NCBI GenBank assembly: GCA_963826115.1 | Contig: CAWGVS010000006.1 | Coordinates: 704,001-768,000 of the forward strand | Direction of reading: 5' to 3' | Source of the DNA: an uncultured Candidatus Rokubacteria bacterium | GTDB taxonomy: Bacteria; Methylomirabilota; Methylomirabilia; Rokubacteriales; DASRDR01 | DNA length: 64,000 nt | Shown here: piece by piece, positions 59,482 through 64,000 of the stretch | How positions within the stretch are numbered: the first letter of the stretch is position 1 | Layout of the letters: the number at the start of each line of letters is the position of its first letter | The notes under the pieces: generated by a model | The model's database searches: none | Told to the model about the DNA's origin: nothing | Seen by the model: the letters and a program-made list of their open reading frames with translations, nothing else | Made by a program: the position numbers and the translations under genes

Positions 59482-60099
59482 ATGACCGGCGAGGTGCTGT
59501 GGGTGGCGTCGATGCGGCGTTCCGTCTGGCTCGGGTTCGTGGCCGCGAGCCTGGCCGCAGCTGCCGTGGTCTCGGCGGCCGGGCCGTTCAAGAGCGGCGT
59601 CCTCGAGCCGGCGCACCCGGCGCCCGACTTTGCGCTGCCGGCGTCCGACGGCTCGACCTTCCGTCTCCGTGATCAGCGCGGGCGGGCGGTGGTGCTCTTC
59701 TTCGGCTACACCTTCTGCCCCGACGTGTGCCCCCTGACGCTGTCCGAGATGGCGCAGGTCCGGAGCCAGCTCGCCGCGCGGGCCGCGCGGCTCCGGGTGG
59801 TGTTCATCACGGTGGACCCCGAGCGGGACACGGTCGAGCGGCTGCGCGCGTACGTCGGCGCGTTCGACCGCAGCTTCCTCGGGCTCACGGGGAACCCGGA
59901 TGCCCTGGCGCGCGTCCGGCAGGCCTACGGCGTGGTCGCCGAGAAGCGGACCGTCGCCGGCACGAAGGCCGCGTACCTCATCGACCACTCCGCGTTCGCG
60001 TACGTCATCGATCCCGAGGGCCGGCTCCGGCTGATGTTCCCCTTCGGGACGTCGATCGACGACATGACCCACGATCTGACGCTGCTGCTCGGAGGATGA
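59482..60099 (+). CDS. SCO family copper chaperone
   Basis: FFGYTFCPDVCP, ITVDPERDT, YLIDHS. Confidence 0.95.
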   Translation: MTGEVLWVASMRRSVWLGFVAASLAAAAVVSAAGPFKSGVLEPAHPAPDFALPASDGSTFRLRDQRGRAVVLFFGYTFCPDVCPLTLSEMAQVRSQLAARAARLRVVFITVDPERDTVERLRAYVGAFDRSFLGLTGNPDALARVRQAYGVVAEKRTVAGTKAAYLIDHSAFAYVIDPEGRLRLMFPFGTSIDDMTHDLTLLLGG

Positions 60100-60103
60100 C
60101 GCC

Positions 60104-60619
60104 ATGCGTGTCGCGATGCCGCTGGTCGGTTCACTCGCGGTCGCCCTGACGATCGTGGGGGGCGGAACCGCACTCGCCCAGTCCCCGCCGCCCGGGACGA
60201 GTCCGATCCAGCTGAGCCAGGCCTGGGCGCGCCGTGCGCCGATGATGGGCCAGCCCGGGTCCGGCCAGGGCTCGACGGGCTCCGGCCACGCGCACGGCCA
60301 GGCCGGTGGGTCCGGGAACGGGGCCGTGTACGTCCTGATCCAGAACCGGGGCCGCGAGGCCGACACGCTGCTCGGCGCGACCTCGGACGCCGCCACGACG
60401 GTCGAGCTCCACGAGACGCGTCAGGAGGGCGGGGTGATGCGGATGCGGCCGCTGCCGAAGATCGACGTTCCCGGCGGCGGGCGGATCGAGATGAAGCCGG
60501 GCGGTCAGCACATCATGCTCCTCGGGCTCACGCGGGACCTCCATCCCGGCGACAGGGTGACCGTGCGGCTCCGGTTCGAGAAGGCCGGCGAGCAGACCGT
60601 CGAGGCGGAGGTCCGCTAG
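60104..60619 (+). CDS. Copper chaperone PCu(A)C
   Basis: AWAR, GAVY, ELHET...MRM, KPGGQHIML. Confidence 0.93.
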   Translation: MRVAMPLVGSLAVALTIVGGGTALAQSPPPGTSPIQLSQAWARRAPMMGQPGSGQGSTGSGHAHGQAGGSGNGAVYVLIQNRGREADTLLGATSDAATTVELHETRQEGGVMRMRPLPKIDVPGGGRIEMKPGGQHIMLLGLTRDLHPGDRVTVRLRFEKAGEQTVEAEVR

Positions 60620-60626
60620 GGTCGTG

Positions 60627-61058
60627 ATGGGGCGCGGGCGTCGGCTCTGGATCGCCGCGGCCGTCGGGGCCGGACTCGTGACCCTGGCGATCGTGGGCTG
60701 GGCGGCGCTCGCGCCGCTGCCCGCGATGCCGCGGGAGCGCGTGTACGTGATTCCCCGGGGGACCGGGGCGCGACAGGCGGCCGGGCAGTTCGTCTCGCCC
60801 ATCCCGTCCCACATTCACCTCTGGGTCGGACTCCAGGACGTGCTGGTGCTCCGGAACGAGGACGACGTGCCGCAGTCGTTCGGGCCGATCCAGCTGCGCC
60901 CGCAGCAGACGTACCGGGTCCCCTTCCAGGTGCCCGCGACGTTCGACTTCGCCTGCTCGGCGCACGAGGACGGCCAGGTGGCGATCATCGTGGAACGCGC
61001 GCCTGTGCGGGCCTGGGAGCGCCTGCGCTGGCGACTCATCCGCCTGACCTACCAGTGA
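60627..61058 (+). CDS. Membrane-anchored cupredoxin-like hypothetical protein
   Basis: N-terminal TM helix; LVLRNED...FDFACSAHEDG (C-x2-H loop). Confidence 0.6.
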   Translation: MGRGRRLWIAAAVGAGLVTLAIVGWAALAPLPAMPRERVYVIPRGTGARQAAGQFVSPIPSHIHLWVGLQDVLVLRNEDDVPQSFGPIQLRPQQTYRVPFQVPATFDFACSAHEDGQVAIIVERAPVRAWERLRWRLIRLTYQ

Positions 61059-61951
61059 GCCGGGCTCCCGTGACGAGTCGATCGCAGGCCGAGCGTCGGA
61101 GGGGGCGATCGCGGGCCGGCGCGCTCCCCTCAGGGCCGCGACGCGCCTGGGAGCTCGTCGGGCTGGCCGCGGCCGGCGTCGCGGTGTCCGCCTATCTCAC
61201 GTGGACGAAGCTCAGCGGCGGGGCGCCCATCTGCGTGGGCAACGACGGGTGCGCGCTGGTCCAGGCGAGCCGGTTCGCCGTGTTCCTGTCCGTGCCCACG
61301 GCGGCCTGGGGCGTCGGGTTCTACGCGCTCGTCGGCCTGCTGGCGTGGCGCGGTCTCACCGCGCGCCGGTGGCGTCACCTGTTTCTCCTCGCCGTCGTCG
61401 GCGTCGCCTTCTCCGCCTACCTGACAGGGGCGGCAACCCTCTCGCTGCGAGCCGCGTGCGCGTGGTGTCTGATCTCGGCCGCGCTCGCGGTGTGCATTCT
61501 CGCGGACGTCTGGTGGCGGAGACACGTCGAGTTCGGCCCGCACGCCGCCTCGAGCTCGATGCGCGTCGTCGGCTGGGGCGCCGCCACCGCGGCGGTCACC
61601 ATCGGCGTCACGGCGTGGCTCTACGCGATGGCGCCGGAGGCCTGGGCGCCACGTCAGCTCGCGCTCGCCGCGCACCTCCGAGCCTCCGGCGCCGTCATGT
61701 ATGGCGCCTACTGGTGTCCGGTCTGCCGGGAGCAGAAGACGCAGTTCGGTCCCGCCGCGGACCAGCTGCCGTACGTCGAGTGCGATCCGTCCGGGCCGGG
61801 GGCCCGTCCGGAGCGGTGCGCGCGGGCGGGCGTCCAGGGCTATCCGACCTGGGTGATCGGCGGCCGTACGTACCCGGGCTTCCGGACGCTCGACGAGCTG
61901 GCCCGCCTCTCGGGCTTCGCGGGCTCGGTCACGGCGGCGCCGGGCGGATGA
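61055..61951 (+). CDS. Vitamin K epoxide reductase (VKOR) fused to a thioredoxin-like domain
   Basis: SAYLT, C-x5-C..VQAS, CAWCL; YGAYWCPVC, YVEC, GYPTW. Confidence 0.9.
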   Translation: MSRAPVTSRSQAERRRGRSRAGALPSGPRRAWELVGLAAAGVAVSAYLTWTKLSGGAPICVGNDGCALVQASRFAVFLSVPTAAWGVGFYALVGLLAWRGLTARRWRHLFLLAVVGVAFSAYLTGAATLSLRAACAWCLISAALAVCILADVWWRRHVEFGPHAASSSMRVVGWGAATAAVTIGVTAWLYAMAPEAWAPRQLALAAHLRASGAVMYGAYWCPVCREQKTQFGPAADQLPYVECDPSGPGARPERCARAGVQGYPTWVIGGRTYPGFRTLDELARLSGFAGSVTAAPGG

Positions 61952-62038
61952 GGTGGCCCGGTGACGCCGTCAGTACTGCCGACATCCGACGCGAGAAGAT
62001 CCGTCACTCCGCGCTACTGCATCCAGGAGGTCGGACGC

Positions 62039-62491
62039 ATGACGATGACCCATGATCCCGTCGTGGACCGGTCCGCGGTCGCTCCGCACCAGGCCCGTCC
62101 GAGCCTTCCGTTCCGCCTTCGGCGGGGATGGCTCGGTCTGGGGCCGGCTCTCCTGGCTCTCGGCCTCGTGCCCGGCCTCGCCTGGGGACATGCCGCCCTC
62201 GTGCGCTCGACGCCGGCGCAGCGGGCGATGCTCGCGCGCTCACCCGACCGCGTGCGGCTGTGGTTCAATGAGCCGCTCGAGGCCAAGTTCGCGACCGTGT
62301 CGGTGTGGGATGCCAAGGGGGGCCAGGTCGATCAGCAGGACGGCCTCGTGGGAGCGGACGATCCCAAGACGCTGTCCGTGGGCGTCCCTCTTCTCGGCCC
62401 CGGAACATACACCGTCAAGTACCGGGTGCTCTCGGTCGACGGTCACGTGGTGGAGGGCTCGTTCCGGTTCACCGTGCGGTCATCGCCGTGA
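62039..62491 (+). CDS. copC: Copper resistance protein CopC
   Basis: AWG-HAALVRSTP, LWFNE, YRVLSVDGHVVEG; start approximate. Confidence 0.9.
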   Translation: MTMTHDPVVDRSAVAPHQARPSLPFRLRRGWLGLGPALLALGLVPGLAWGHAALVRSTPAQRAMLARSPDRVRLWFNEPLEAKFATVSVWDAKGGQVDQQDGLVGADDPKTLSVGVPLLGPGTYTVKYRVLSVDGHVVEGSFRFTVRSSP

Positions 62492-62571
62492 GCGTGGCGC
62501 TCCGCTTGCGTCGGGCCGGGACTCGGCCCGGCGCGCCTCGAGGACGGATCGCTCGAGACAGGAGGATGAAC

Positions 62572-63158
62572 ATGGCTCGACCACGTCTGGTCGTTCTCGG
62601 CGCACTGATCCTGGCCATGATGTCGGCCGCCGGGCCGACGAGCAGCCCGGACACACGCACCCGCCCGGGACGCCACCCCACGAGCATCCGGCGACGCCCG
62701 TCCGGATCACGATGCAGGAGCTCCACCGCCATGGGGGCGTCCCGCCCGGCTGGCGCTTCGCGGTGCCGACCGGGGATCCGAACGAAGGCCGAGCCGTCTT
62801 CGTGAAGCTCGAATGCTTCACGTGTCACGCCGTGAAGGGGGAGCCCTTCCCGTCGAAGTCGAAGACAGCGGAGGACGTCGGGCCCGATCTGACGGGGATG
62901 GGGAGCCATCACCCGGCCGCATACTTCGCGGAGAGCCTCGTGAACCCGAACGCCGTCATCGTGACGGGCCCCGGATATACCGGATCGGACGGGCTGTCGC
63001 GGATGCCGGACTACGGCGACGTCCTGACCGTCCGCCAGCTGGTCGATCTGGTCGCCTACCTCAAGAGCCTCACGGGGGATCACGGCGCCATGCCGATGCA
63101 GCGCGGCGCCGCGCCACACGGGCAGGGCACCACCAAACCCGGCAAGGCCACGCCCTAG
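62572..63158 (+). CDS. Monoheme c-type cytochrome with His-rich N-terminus; frameshift near 62640
   Basis: GGAGG RBS, signal peptide, HRHGGVPPGW, GDP..GR.VF, CFTCH, GPDLT, SRMP, DLVAYL. Confidence 0.85.
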
Positions 63159-64000
63159 CGGCGGTGCCGGAGCGCGGCGGTCATCGCCGCGATGTGCTCG
63201 ACGGACAGCCCGCAGCACCCGCCCACGATCCGGACGCCCGCATCCACCCAGGCGACGCACGCCCGGGCGAAGTCGGCCGGCGCGATGATGTCCTCGAACT
63301 TGCCAGTCGGGCATCTTGAAATGACCGGAGTCCGGATAGGCCATGAGCGGCCCCGACCAGTGGGCGCGCAGGATCTCGAGCGCCGGTCCCATCGTCTGGA
63401 TGTTCGTGTGCATCAGCCCCGCGACTTCGCCGCCGTGCGCGAGGATCTGCGGCACGACCTCGCCGAACGGAAAGCTCTCGCGTACGTAGGAGACGATCCT
63501 GCCCGCCTCCGAGCGCGCCGACAGCCCGATCCACACCGGCAGCCCGGTCTCGCGCGCGGCCTCGATCGCGAGCCGAGCGCGCTGCGGATGCGACATCATC
63601 TCCATCAGGAGGAGATCGCAGCCCGCGGACGCAAGCGTCGCCGGCGAGCTCGCGGAAGCTCTCCCGGAGCGTCGCCTCGCTAGGCACCCGTGACGGATCG
63701 GCCACCGCGGCCCCCTGGGTCACGGGGATCATGTGGGAGATGGAGCCCGCCACCACCACCGGGCGACCATCGGCGGCGCGGTCTCGCGCCTCGAGCGCGA
63801 TCTCGACCGATCGGCGGGCCAGCCGCGCCGCGCGATCGGCCCGACCCGAGAGGCCGAGCAGCACGCGCGAGGTCGAGAACGTGTTGGCGGTGATGACGTC
63901 CGCCCCCGCGCGGATGTAGTCCTCGTGGATCGCCCGCAGCAGGTGTGGATGGGACTCGGTCGCGAGCGCGCACCACGCATCGTCGTCCATCGGCGCCCCG
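63155..64000 (-). CDS. Homocysteine S-methyltransferase family protein; 5' end outside window, frameshifts near 63300 and 63640
   Basis: HEDYIRAGADVITANTF, VAGS, LLLMEM, AYPDSG, VGGCCG. Confidence 0.88.

Noticed and set aside
1-64000. Many long overlapping or antisense ORFs in the track (e.g. 35607..38537, 46603..48915, 51046..53190, 29934..32093)
   Set aside because: These are Arg/Pro/Gly-rich shadow frames expected in very GC-rich DNA; only the sub-segments with family motifs were kept.
1-64000. CRISPR arrays, transposases, integrases, rRNA, intact tRNA
   Set aside because: No regularly spaced repeats or recognisable motifs found by eye.

Overview
This is a very GC-rich bacterial chromosomal window. 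The gene repertoire and style suggest a soil Candidatus Rokubacteria/Methylomirabilota-type genome, which is inference only. Many single-base frameshifts look like long-read consensus errors. Content in order: (1) a family-5 (Dpp/Opp-type) ABC transporter operon (1-5.4 kb); (2) a ~20 kb LPS-core/surface-glycan cluster with ~15 glycosyltransferases, two GT9 heptosyltransferases, a NodU-type carbamoyltransferase, an LPS-kinase-like gene and an unusual WaaA-N/GNGPS-domain chimera (5.5-25.3 kb); (3) a mixed region with GH172, a methyltransferase, an RRM protein that appears to start at ATC, small ORFs, a desaturase, a degenerate tRNA-Glu-like relic, a Tat-signal haloacid dehalogenase, MscS and others (25.5-37.6 kb); (4) an OmpR-family two-component system with phased operator repeats (37.7-40.5 kb); (5) an IclR-linked sugar-acid catabolic operon with a nickel-pincer LarA homologue (44.7-54.4 kb); (6) a selenoprotein missed by the ORF track (peroxiredoxin-like UxxC domain plus DsbD-N-like domain, with a SECIS-like hairpin; 54.4-55.4 kb); (7) a copper-handling operon (SCO, PCu(A)C, cupredoxin-like, VKOR-Trx, CopC, cytochrome c) preceded by an apparently leaderless, His-rich leader ORF ending in the RAPP ribosome-arrest motif, followed by an anti-Shine-Dalgarno stem (58.8-63.2 kb). 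No CRISPR array, rRNA, intact tRNA or transposase was seen. All family assignments come from motif recognition by eye; no database searches were run.
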